A stretch of DNA of 64,000 nt from Picochlorum sp. SENEW3 (Eukaryota), in the NCBI GenBank assembly GCA_034226945.1, contig CP120453.1, positions 1,302,001 to 1,366,000 of the forward strand. The letters run 5' to 3'. Each line of letters begins with the position of its first letter. The first letter of the stretch is position 1. The translations under genes were made by a program, and so were the position numbers. Under the pieces are notes generated by a model, which worked only from the letters and a program-made list of their open reading frames with translations, was not told the DNA's origin and did not search any database. Below are positions 53,135-64,000 of this stretch, in pieces.

Positions 53135-53207
53135 ACCGTGATCCACACAGTGAATTGAACGCTATTTACATGTTCTTTTGTAAACATATCTATATATACA
53201 GAACGCA

Positions 53208-53516
53208 TTACTTTTGCTCCTGTTGTTGCTGGCCCTTCTTCAATGGACTCTTTGGTTGCTGTGCTGAAGAGAACAATTTGCTCCATGAAAACTTGCCCCC
53301 ATCAGGCATATCATGGCTCACCTCCCATATACCCACATCAGTAGGCGTAGATACCATCTCTGGATACGAATCCTGACGTTGGACATTGATAGACTTGGGC
53401 TGACTCGTACCATCCTTGGCCTTTGGGCTCCCCAGTCCAACGACCCCCCTTAAGAACGCACCCAACCCCGTCGACGACGAGTCTCCAGCGGTAGAACCTC
53501 CACCCTGTTCACTCAT
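53208..53516 (-). CDS. Small low-complexity hypothetical protein
   Basis: 102-aa ATG ORF in a gene-sized gap, preceded by an AT-rich leader. Confidence 0.55.
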   Translation of the reverse strand: MSEQGGGSTAGDSSSTGLGAFLRGVVGLGSPKAKDGTSQPKSINVQRQDSYPEMVSTPTDVGIWEVSHDMPDGGKFSWSKLFSSAQQPKSPLKKGQQQQEQK

Positions 53517-53873
53517 TTTATATAAAAGTAGTACTTATATATACTCTCTGTGGTACAGATATTCACAGAATTCCTCTCAACCCTTGGAGAGAAACGCGGA
53601 CCGAGGTCTTCCGACAACGCCCTTGGGTTTGTGTTCAGTAACCTTGACAACGACGACTTCTACTATACAGCAGCAGTACAATCAGATATACGTCATACAT
53701 AAAAATTCGAATAATAATAATTGAGTTTGGACGCATTCGAGTTCACGCGAGGGGACTTCAACACGGTGGCATGTCCATGTCAGCACTGCAGAATCTGCCA
53801 GTCAGTACTGAACAGGCCTCCATCTATTCTAGACATTTGATGATCAGAGCAGGACAGGAGTATCCCATTGATT

Positions 53874-55181
53874 CTACCAAATAAAGGATTCCAATGCACT
53901 TTGCCATGTCTGTAGACCTTTGGTAGACGAAGAATCACCGAGATCAATCTTCCGAGCAAACAATGGGCAGGACTGGAGCATGGTTGCATGTCCATCGTCA
54001 TCCTCCAGTAGGACATGCCATACATCCTGATGATCCGCCTCGAATGTCGTCACGAGGGTTCCGCAATCCTTTTCTTTATTATTCTCTTCTCGAAGCTCAT
54101 CTCGAATCACATCCTCTGTCGCATCATTCGGTCCAAACACTTTGGGGTGCATGGCACCCGGTGTCCAGATTGTCTGCACAGAGGAACTCTGGCAATCACA
54201 CCCATCCTCCGCTCCTTTCAACGCCAGCAGCGTCGGTATATAATGTTCATCACTAACACAAAATCTATTCTCTGCGACATAGCATTCGCGAGCGAATGCA
54301 TCGTTCACAACTGTATCGTCCACGACCATTTGGACATGCTGCCGCTTGAGGGCAATCCACTGGGAGCTCTTCCTCCACAGGGACTGTGTCACTCCAGCTT
54401 GTTCCATCTCTGGCACCCATCGGTAGTTCATACGCTTATTTCCGTCATCAGGATCATCTGGGTTGGCGCATACATTCACTCGACTCGTATTCTCTCGACA
54501 CAACTGCACATACACCAAGAGGGCTGGGTAGAGTGGAATGGAATCCTCTGATAACAGTACACACGTCTGCACCGACGGATCTTTCAATGCATTCGAAAAC
54601 AGTATCCGCTCAGCTTCAATCTGTACATATAATATACGTAGATCTGTCATTAACCAGAGTATACACATGGTGAAACACATACATACCATGGAATGGTTGC
54701 CCCACTGCACATGCACTCTCTCATCTGTTTCTCTCCCATGAAACAGACTTTTCTTCGGATACTCTTTTCCTTTAGGCCGATGAACATGTATACGGAATAT
54801 TGTCTCCCATGGAATCGGACAAGACTCTAAGAAATCCCTCCAAATCGCCTCCAAAGGCATGGGTCCTCGAGTCAAAAACAAGAGCGCCACCTTTGGAGGA
54901 GCGTGGACGTTTCCTCCAGCAATTCCCAGTGCTCTCCCTTCCTGCACTCGACATCATACGCAAATGTATCAGCACTATCTTTCAAAAAGAAGAAGAAGCA
55001 GGAGGTCCGGATGCTGTCTTTATAAACAAAAGAAGAAAAAAACAATTGGTGTCACACGTACCACTTGGCGGGTCAACAGCGCAGAGCCCAAGTCTCTCAT
55101 TTGGCCACTGTTTCCAACCAGAATGATGATAAATAATATTCCAATCACTGATATAAACATATATGATGCTTGGGATCTCAT
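53874..55181 (-). CDS. Core-2/I-branching-like glycosyltransferase (GT14-like/BC10/DUF266)
   Basis: Type II TM exon 1, PKVALLFLTRGPMPLE, VQWG, LLSEDSIPLY, WRKSSQWIAL, SDEHYIPTLL, LFARK. Confidence 0.88.
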
Positions 55182-55349
55182 ATTCAGCGATCAAAGACTG
55201 TTCTGCTCTGCTTCAAAGTCTTGGTTCGCAAAGGCGACGATTGGTTCGTCAACCTTGCCAACTACATTTCCATGGATATATCCCCATCCTTATCCATCTA
55301 AATACTGATGAGGTGTCTAAAATACTAAGAAGAATTCATTTACAATGCA

Positions 55350-57592
55350 TTATGAATCAGTGCAGGTGTATTTGGAACTAGTCCGATGGAGGACGGATTC
55401 CAAGACTGGCGCTTCATGGACTGGCTTTTGACAGGTCTGGTTGGCACAGACCAAGGCAGTTGGGATGGTCTTTGTATTCCTTTCCACCATGCGGGCGATT
55501 CTTGGGTTTGTGTTAGTCCAAAAATCCATGGTATCCTTGTTGCCTGGATCAATCTGGATGATGGTCTTGTTTGGGATGGTCATGCTACAGGCAGTTGTGA
55601 CGAGGGCATCATAGTCTGGTTGGCCTGGTTGGCCAATCAGAATCACCTGTGTATGCGGAATTTGATTCTCATACGCTGCCATGCACATCTGTGGCATGGC
55701 CAAAGGTATCTGTTCTAGTCTGGAAGATACTGATTGGATCATGCCAGTGGCTCTGGAGGCGTATGTCTTATTGTCAGTGAGCGCTGACAGGCGGATGAGG
55801 TTGCTGGCGGCAATGGAACTTGCAGCTGGCTCTGCGCCATCGTAATCATCCTTGAGACGGAATTCTAGCGATCCTGATGATGCTGTGTCGGATTGATAAT
55901 ATCCTTTATTTGCAGTGTCCCAGAAAAGGCTGTCCATGGAATCCTGCAGATTGAGAGCAAGATGGAGATGCTTGACATTGCCTGTTGCTTCAAATAGACT
56001 GATGAGTCCGCAGATTGTCCAGCTGTAGTCGTCAGAGAATCCACGAATGGTGGGTTCTTTGGAGACAAAACTTCGATATAGAATGGTAGCATCCTGCTCT
56101 TGCCGCATCATGGTCTTTTGCATAAAGGCTGCAATGTTTTCTGCCTCTGCAAGGTACACCTGTCTGGGTGATACACCTCGCACTGGAAAGGAATACTCAA
56201 CGGGTGGGTCTTCAGACTCCAACACCACTCCTGCCAATGCAAATATGTGCATTGCCATGCCATTCCATGCAGATATAATTTTCTCATCACGATGCGGACG
56301 TGGTCGTTTGTTTCTTGCATCGTATAGTATCTTTCTCATAGTTGATAGTTCCTCATCCATTTGTCCCACACTGATGGCCCTTCTCTCTGCCAAATCTTCC
56401 ACAGAGACTGCTTGGTACAATACATTTGTTCCTATAAACTCTTGATGAGGATCAGAGAGCCTTGACCGAGTGCAATTTCCTTGACTCGTAATACCAAAGA
56501 ATGTTTTGCAGTCTTGGCGCATGTTGTGGCTCATCTCGTCACAGGCATCCACCTGGTCAGTTGTCCATGTATAAAAGGCGCCTTCTTTAGACGTCATTGT
56601 CGTTGTGCATAGACTATCTGCATCTTCTGCTGCAAAATATCCTCCATGGACGGGGCTTTTGAGACTCTCCATCATGTAATCTAAAATACCTCTGCAGATG
56701 GCGCTGTAGTAGATGTCCTTAGTGAGTTGGAATGCCATCAGGTAGGTCAGCGCAATCTGTGGCTGATCATACAGCATGATTTCAAAATGTGGTACGTGAT
56801 ATATTTCATCCACAGAATATCGATGAAATCCGCCACCGAGCTGATCTCGAAGTCCTCCTTGTGCCATCTTCTTCAGTGTGGACAGTGTTGCTTGCTGCAT
56901 CTCAGTAGCATCATCATTCCCAGGATTCCCAGAATGATGATGATGATGATGGCTGTGTGATGCCATGAAGAGCGATTGCATCTCACATGGCCTTGGAAAC
57001 TTTGGAGGTCCACCAAACCCTCCATGTTCTGCATCATACCGTTGCAGCAGCATTGCTGCACACGCCTCCAATGCACGCCGCCCTGCTGGTGCTCCATCAT
57101 GATTGTCATTGTCATTTGCCATCATCGCAACACCTTTCTGCAATTGCTGCATAATATCGTCTGCACTCGACTCCACATCACGCTGACGAGTCTCCCACAC
57201 CTCGGCAATCCGTGTAATCACAGTCAGAAACCCAGGCCTGCCAAACGAATCATCTGGTGGAAAGTACGAGCCAGCAAAAAATGGCTTCTTCTCTGGCGTC
57301 ATAAATACAGACATTGGCCATCCACCACCACCCTGTGTAGCTTGAACATATTTCATATAAAATGCATCCACATCTGGCCGCTCTTCCTTGTCAACCTTGA
57401 TGCAGACAAAATGTGAATTCAAAAATGCTGCAATATCCTCATTCTCAAAACTCTCTCTCGCCATCACATGACACCAATGACATGTCGAATACCCAACCGA
57501 TAAGAACACTGGTCTATTCAGCTCTTTCGCAGCCTTGAATGGCGCATCATCATCCTTCCAAGGAAACCAATGAATTGGATTTTGAGCATGCT
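55350..57592 (-). pseudogene. SPATA20/YyaL thioredoxin-like + alpha6 barrel protein, missing its 5' end
   Basis: HAQNPIHWFPW..PVFLSVGYSTCHWCHVM, KVDKEERPDVD, GGGGWPMS, PKFPRP, GGFHRYSVD; no ATG upstream, sequence switches to HSP101 at ~57592. Confidence 0.8.
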
Positions 57593-58282
57593 AGACCTTA
57601 TAGTGTAGTTCTGTTTGATGAGGTGGAAAAAGCCCATCCTGATGTGATGAATTTGCTGCTCGGTGTGCTTGACGATGGAAGGTTGACAGATTCAAAAGGT
57701 AGAACAGTATCATTTGCCAACACAATCATCGTCATGACCTCAAACTTGGGATCCAAGATTTTACTTGATGAAGGAAATAGTGCTTCAGCTAAAGAAGCTG
57801 TCCTTAGCGTGGTCCGTCAGAACTTTAGACCAGAGTTCTTGAATAGGCTGGATGAGATGGTGATTTTCGATCCTCTTGGACCAGAGCAGTTGAGAGAGGT
57901 TGCCCGACTGCAGACCATAGAGCTGAACCAACGGCTTGTAGAAAGATCAATCACTCTGTCTATGACAGATAAAGCTCTTGATTATGCTGCGAAAGAAAGT
58001 TATGATCATTTGTATGGAGCAAGACCTCTGCGCAGATGGCTGGAGCATAATATCATCACAGCGCTGTCCAGAATGATTATTAGCGGTGAGCTCCCTGATG
58101 ACTCGAAAGTTACTGTTGATAAGAATGAGAGCGGGTTGACTTTTTCGGTCAGGCCGGATGAGGAAGCAGCAGCAGCCAGAGCAGCCCTTGCAGGAGCTTA
58201 GTGTAAAAGGGCAAGGCTGGATAACATGATCAATAACACTGAATGGGATCAAGATGAAGATGACATGATGGACGATGAATAA
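57593..58282 (+). pseudogene. HSP101: 3' remnant of cytosolic HSP101/ClpB1 with in-frame TAG
   Basis: RPYSVVLFDEVEKAH, DDGRLTD, MTSNLG, FRPEFLNRLD, YGARPLRR; TAG at 58199-58201, then the acidic tail DQDEDDMMDDE-TAA. Confidence 0.85.
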
Positions 58283-58565
58283 ATTAATTGAAAGAATGTA
58301 ATTCAACATATTGATTATTTGTTTTCTTCAATTCAGGAGTGCTGTCACTTCCCCCAAACTCAAATGATGTTTGCTTTGACTGTTGCGTTTGGTGGCAGTG
58401 GTTTTGTTGGGAGCAAGCACCAAAATTAAAATTATTGTTACATCATATGCAAGTGGACTGAACATATATGAACTATATAGTTCGATCCATTGCAATCAAA
58501 ACATTGACATATATATGATGCATCATGGCATATGCCCGCATGGACTGGAAAGAGAAGAAGAGATC

Positions 58566-58862
58566 TCATTCAGTCCAACCACATCGCCTCTTGAATACTG
58601 TTCTTGTTTCCTCACTCAAACCCATGGCATCCATGAGTTCCTCCATTTCTTCATTTGTTCTTCTTCCCTTCTTGTATGCTCTCATCTCAGTGTTAATCCA
58701 CATCCCCAGATTGAACCTCCGTGGTCCATTCCCATCGCTGAGATCATACTCAGCATTCGTTTCTGCCCCGTTGATACGGGGAATTGCGCTGAAATCGACA
58801 TCATCATGATGCAGTCTCCTGCGCTGCCTGAGAGCTTGACGTTTCTCTTCACGACTGGCCAT
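58566..58862 (-). CDS. Small protein with helicase-associated (HA)-like motif
   Basis: NLGMWINTEMRAYKKGR..EELMDAMGL resembles the LGxWVxxQRxxYxxG helix of HA domains. Confidence 0.45.
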   Translation of the reverse strand: MASREEKRQALRQRRRLHHDDVDFSAIPRINGAETNAEYDLSDGNGPRRFNLGMWINTEMRAYKKGRRTNEEMEELMDAMGLSEETRTVFKRRCGWTE

Positions 58863-59720
58863 GGTTTCGTTTCGCACAGATGAAAAGGAAAAGCACTTGC
58901 TGCAATCAATCTTTCTTGGTATTCCTCTACATATTGAGAATATTATACATGTAAATTATCAGAAATCAGATGGAATACGCCGCGGAACGGTTGTGATAGA
59001 ATTCAGTCTGATCAAGATGTCGCTCGCAGTTCGATACGGTTGAAACCGTTTGTAGTGATAAAAACAGGCTCTAGCCAAATATATACACCAATATGTTATA
59101 TATATGTGATACTAATGACATACGATCGCACGTACACGAGTTTCGGTTGAAGGTTGACTTCCGCTGGGTTTGAATATTCTGCTCTCGATATGCTCCTCTG
59201 CTACTCTCGACGAGAAGAAAGGAGATGACGATAGACAGTTACTATTTTGAGAGAATTATTGTTTAATATATGAATTGGAGGCACGCATACTGCGTGGTAT
59301 TGTAGTCTTGTCCATGCTATTTGATCGATTCCCGAATAATGTGTCCTTCTGAACAAAGGCCAACACCTTGCATGACATTCATGCAGCAAATCAACACGAG
59401 CATCTATTACACCATCATCCACTCCAGAAGATGGTTTGTGTTTTATTTTACTATAATAATATCAATCATTTCATAGAGGCAATAATACCCTTTAAAATTA
59501 TATGTATAGAAGATAGCAATCAACTGCTTCCATAAGGATAGTCTGGTACGCATCTCTCTGGTTCTCGCGAAACTTCCCACAAGATGGGAAATGATGCAAT
59601 ATTCACAGCGTATTCTTTTGATTTTGAATAATATATTATGTTGATAATTAAACATGTATCCAATGCAGTGTATACTCGTTCGCTCGCACGAGCAAGTTTG
59701 CTATCGAGCAATCTTCAAAG

Positions 59721-60533
59721 ATGGGTCCTTCAAATGATCGAAACTCCCAGTCTACCCGTGAGAATCCTTTAGATGAGATACGTGGCTTCCGTTTCAGAGA
59801 ACAAGTAACGGGGAAAGTTTGTGGCACTGAGTCGGCTAGGAATTCTACCACACAGCCAGTGGTCAAAGTAGAATGTAGTGCTGATGCTACCAAAGCAGTG
59901 TACTTGCTCCAGAAAAGCATTAAACTATGGCCATTTGTGGTACTCAATCTTACATCCAGCGTCCCAATTTCACTAGAAGAGGCTAATAAAGCAGTCAGAG
60001 AGTCGGTTATGGAGGTGGATGCAAGTCTTATTGCTTGTTCAGACAGATTCAGAAAAAATGGACGGCAAAACGAGTTCACGTTTTTTGTGACTGACCCCAC
60101 TCGTCTCACAGAAATGTTGAGGGAGTTTTCCAATCTCAACCAAGGAGCCAAGGCCGCACTTGATTGCATGCGAACGCATTCAATCAAATTGATCCAAAAT
60201 GGAAAGCCAGATGAGAAGCAACAGGCATCCCTTCTTGTCCAGATCATGTCCTACATCCAATATGAAACTGCCTTTTGCAAACAAAAACTAAAGAGCAGGT
60301 CTGGATTTGGTAGTAAAAGCCTCAAAGATTTATTGAATAGAATTGCCTGTGGACAGGAGGAACTTCAAAACCAAATTCATCAGGCAGTACACGAGGCCCA
60401 TCGTACTCTTTTAGAAGCTTCTGGTGTCATTCAGAAGCAACAAAAGGAAAAAAGTGGAAAGAGACGAAAAATGGCTGAGCCTACAAGGGAGCAAGATGAG
60501 ATTACAACTCCATTTATTAAGTCTGAGGAATAG
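59721..60533 (+). CDS. Orphan hypothetical protein with C-terminal coiled coil and basic NLS-like motif
   Basis: 270-aa intronless ATG ORF; KSGKRRK. Confidence 0.55.
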   Translation: MGPSNDRNSQSTRENPLDEIRGFRFREQVTGKVCGTESARNSTTQPVVKVECSADATKAVYLLQKSIKLWPFVVLNLTSSVPISLEEANKAVRESVMEVDASLIACSDRFRKNGRQNEFTFFVTDPTRLTEMLREFSNLNQGAKAALDCMRTHSIKLIQNGKPDEKQQASLLVQIMSYIQYETAFCKQKLKSRSGFGSKSLKDLLNRIACGQEELQNQIHQAVHEAHRTLLEASGVIQKQQKEKSGKRRKMAEPTREQDEITTPFIKSEE

Positions 60534-61478
60534 TGTCACAAGAGTCAATGGACCTGCTACAAAGTCATCTATCGCTCGTGACGTGGGATTTTCTGCAAGA
60601 AAACAAAGAGATGGTGGTGATAGATTGCATGTGAGGTTCAAAGATGGTGAATCTCTACCCTATTGGGAGGCAACACACATAAAAACCAAAGCAGGCCATA
60701 TTGGATGATACAGAAGTGGTCTTAGCCCTAAAAGTTCCTGATTGAAACCTCTTCCAGATGATTATCACACAAGCGAGAAATCTCATTTCAAATTTGAAAC
60801 GTTCGCTTCTTCCAGAATGATCAAAGATATTTGCCAACAGATTTGGATGACAATCTCATCATGTATCTGTTGTCTTCTTTTTCCTCGCAGTTATTTGCTA
60901 CTCCATTCAATTATGTAAAGAATAAAATACAAACTTAACGGGGAAGAGCGGAGAAAAGCATCAGAATTCGCGGGGCTTTCTGACACTCTGCTCTCTAGCG
61001 AGGAGAGACGCCTCTATAGGGTCTCAATAACAAGTGTCAGAAAGCCCCGCGTGTGCAAATTGTCCTTTGGAAATATGTGCTGCAAAAGTTTTTGGTGATA
61101 TATTAGAGTCGCCACGAAAAGGGCGTGGCGACGAGGCCATGGCAACCATGCTGTTGCCACAGTGGCAAAGAACCACGTCGATATCATGGTTACGATTTCT
61201 GGTGCTATTTGACTGTGGACCATGTCGACCGAAATTTGGGAGACTGAATAAATGTGAGCAAGCGCAACGTGAGATCAGAGAAGATTCTGCATGTCTCGGT
61301 GGCCGGTCTCAATGGGCACAAGGAGGAAGACCAAGCATGAGGCGGTCTCGTGTGCCTTTGACACTGTTATCACATGCAGAAGATTTTGAACATGTTTTTA
61401 TTTTCAATGGTGTTGAAGGATGGCAACTGCCTTGCGAGTAGATCAAAGCAGTGCGATTGGGATCTTGGCAGCAACCCT

Positions 61479-61526
61479 GTCATTAGTTTTGTCATTAGTT
61501 TTGTCGTTAGTTTTGTCGTTAGTTTT
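61479..61526 (+). repeat. 12-bp minisatellite (GTCRTTAGTTTT)x4
   Basis: gtcattagtttt x2 followed by gtcgttagtttt x2. Confidence 0.93.
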
Positions 61527-61974
61527 GCCGCGTTTCTTATTTGAGGCCTATGAAGGATCATCAAAACGCGATATTTTGTATAGTATCGCTACAGCGGGTA
61601 TTGCGCAGTCAAATTGGATGTATTTAGTATTATTTTATGTTTGCAATCACCCTGAGGGTGAACGGATAAGCAGGTGAGTCCTGGTTGAATTGCTACGTCG
61701 CGAAACTGTCTTGTTTTCTTGATCATGTCTAAAAAGCACCTATCTTTCAATTGTATCACGCCGAATATGTGTATATGTGCAGTAATAGAGAATTGTACTG
61801 TACAAACAGCATTGCATGCTTGGGAAGCTCAAATAGTGCTACTGCAATAGTGCCCAGAGACATCGTGGAGAAAAGGTGCGTTTGATTGCTTGTGACGATT
61901 CTTGCGAATGTTGCAAAAGATATATAGATATATAATGTATAATCAATCAAATATGTGATGTGCAGCCTATCCAC

Positions 61975-64000
61975 ATGACAAGGAAAAGGAAGGCACCTTT
62001 ACAGGAGGCACCCGCGTGGTCCACTGTGATTCCAGACTCCCAGCCTTCAGATTTGGATGAGGAGAATATAGTGCAGAACGCTGGGTCACAAGTGGCCTCA
62101 GCAAAGCGACAGGAGAATTCGTCTCAGCAACCATTGAAAAGGAAGCCATCTGCCAAGCCCAAGAAGAAGGAGACAGCTCCTGTCCTTGGCTGTGGGCGCA
62201 TTAAAGACTTCTTCAAGCGACCCAGAGTCGCTTCCAATGCTCAAACATCTGCCATGGGGGCAGAGCCAGGTGTACTGGTAAGCAATCGCCGGCAGACCAG
62301 GCGCCGTGTGGGGACCAGCCATGGGTCACCATTTGGCACTGTGTCAACGACACAAGATGCTGTGCTTGTGGATCTCACCGATGTAGACACGGTTTCCATC
62401 ACCACTTTAGAGGAGCAAGGTATGTTGTTGTTATGATGTATGTTTTCGGTACATACATTGAGATGTGTATCTCTCTTGGCACATTCATTCACATACTATT
62501 GATGCTATTGTAGATGTAGTAGGCTCTGATTCGGCATCTGGTAGTAAGGATATTCACGCATCATCAGAGGGAAACACAACAGCATCCATTCAAGAGGCAT
62601 ATTTATGCACATTAAATAGCGAAAACAGAAGCATCATCGAGAAAAGTCTGAATGATCTCGATTATTTATCAGACTTTATTAGGCGTACCTGCTCTGGGAA
62701 AATAGACAATTTTAAAGACCGTCTCATCGCATGTTCGAGGAAGCTGAGACAAAGCGCTGCAGTCCAGAGACTGGTTGATGTGAATACCGTCATTTCAGCC
62801 AGTGATGCGTCAGGTGAGCTGTTTGCTTCAGCCGATGAAACCATCAAAATCCCTTTGATGGAGTATTACAAACTTCAAAAGGGATATCTCCAAAATCAAG
62901 AATATGTGGATTCGAAAGGCATTCCAGAGGTGGTCAAAATCACAAAGGAGATTTGTCTGGATGACGAGTTGCAGGAATTTTCAATGGCTTTGATTGCTCT
63001 ACTTGCTTCAGAGTATGAAAACGGCGTCGAGGGGCTCTATGATGCACTTGAGAGAGCAATCGAGCAAAAGGTAGGCAGTGAGCAAAGGACATTGGAAGAC
63101 ATTAGGCAATCTTTCACAAAGTGCATGGAAGATATTTTGCAACCCCATAATGGCCCTGGATGGAGAATCCGCCACTTCGAGGAGACTGAAGCCATTCCGT
63201 CAAAGTATGAACGCATCTTTCCCGAAACTATTCATCTGTATGAATTTGTTAAAGAGGGGCTGAAGATGAGTACAGAAAGGTTGCTCGGGGTGCTAGTATT
63301 TCCAGAGGCAATCAAGTTCTCCCGACAGTTGAACGCTACGGGGACGTATGCTAGTCATGTGCTCTTGCCTAGGCAATATAGGATAGATGGTGGTTTCCAA
63401 TGGCGCTATACGCTCCATCAAGACTTTTTTTTTGGTAGTGTGCCAACTGGAGATGATTCCCACGTGTTTGTGTCTACTGAGGGCCGGTGCATCAATTCAC
63501 AAGGTGACTCTTTGAGCATTTCCGTCAGCGGGAAATTGTGCCCGAAATTTTTGATTGCTGCTAAATCCAAAAAAGAAGAAGTACGCAAGCAGTTCAAAAT
63601 ATATCAAGTGGTAGGCATGGCAAAATATGAGTGGACTCCATCTCAATTCCTTGAGAAATGTGGGCCAGGGATGAGTACCGACCACCTCACCATCCAAGCA
63701 TCCTATAATCAACCTTCCCTTTTGAGGATTGCTGATGCAAAGCAACAGGCGAATAATAAACGACCACGCTCTCGGGAGACTTTTAGAGGACAAAGTGTGG
63801 AGGCTTGCTACACTCAATTCAAGCATCTGTCTACCGAGAGGCAGACCATTGCTCAGAGATGCAAGGACAGTTGCGAGGAGAATGGTTTGCCACTGGCGCG
63901 CCTGGAAAAAGATGGAGACAACTGGAAATTAGATGATCCGAATCCATCTGAAAAGTGGGTTGACGTTGTGAGATGCACAAATGTCCTTTTCTTTGAGGAG
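61975..64000 (+). CDS. Large spliced protein with NUMOD4/HNH endonuclease-like module, 3' end outside window
   Basis: Exon 61975-62419, intron 62420-62513 (GTATGT..TAG), then an uninterrupted frame to 64000 with VFVSTEGRCIN, KQFKIYQVVGMA and STDHL..YN..LLRIADAKQQANNK. Confidence 0.7.

Noticed and set aside
41984..58201. TAA/TAG reassigned to Gln (alternative genetic code) as the explanation for in-frame stops
   Set aside because: Many intact genes here end at TAA or TAG at the expected position (FBPase, RRF, IMP4, STE24); in-frame stops occur only in truncated fragments
57539..58201. 220-aa ORF as a genuine small Clp protein
   Set aside because: Its first 18 codons are the antisense strand of SPATA20 coding sequence; it is a breakpoint chimera
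59648..60247. 199-aa minus-strand ORF
   Set aside because: Non-ATG start and antisense to the longer ATG-initiated ORF
61479..61526. CRISPR array or telomere repeat
   Set aside because: Contiguous 12-bp units with no spacers, and not a TTTAGGG-type repeat; a simple minisatellite

Overview
Gene-dense eukaryotic nuclear DNA from a compact-genome green microalga. Short GT-AG introns, plastid-targeted enzymes and tiny intergenic spaces suggest a Picochlorum-like trebouxiophyte (inference). About 1-57.5 kb holds roughly 30 mostly housekeeping genes (lipoyl synthase, threonine synthase, SAE2, USPase, plastid FBPase, RRF, ALDH6, IMP4, STE24, APH-1 and others). The main anomalies are: (1) a ~3.07-kb segment (38.68-41.75 kb) with a 5'-truncated gene at each end, apparently inserted into a WD40 gene whose two remnants carry a frameshift and a nonsense codon; (2) a head-to-head breakpoint at ~57,592 joining a 5'-less SPATA20/YyaL gene to a 5'-less HSP101 remnant with an in-frame TAG; (3) beyond it, a gene-poor orphan region with a helicase-associated-like ORF and a spliced gene missed by the ORF track (61,975 to the window end) that encodes a NUMOD4/HNH homing-endonuclease-like module. 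Also notable are a dynamin lacking its GTPase domain, a bacterial-type DUF6935-like gene, a putative Tat-targeted M16 peptidase, a Slo/BK-type channel with a transit-peptide-like leader, a CD36-like receptor and a novel Cys-rich repeat protein. All family calls are by eye from motifs; no searches were run.
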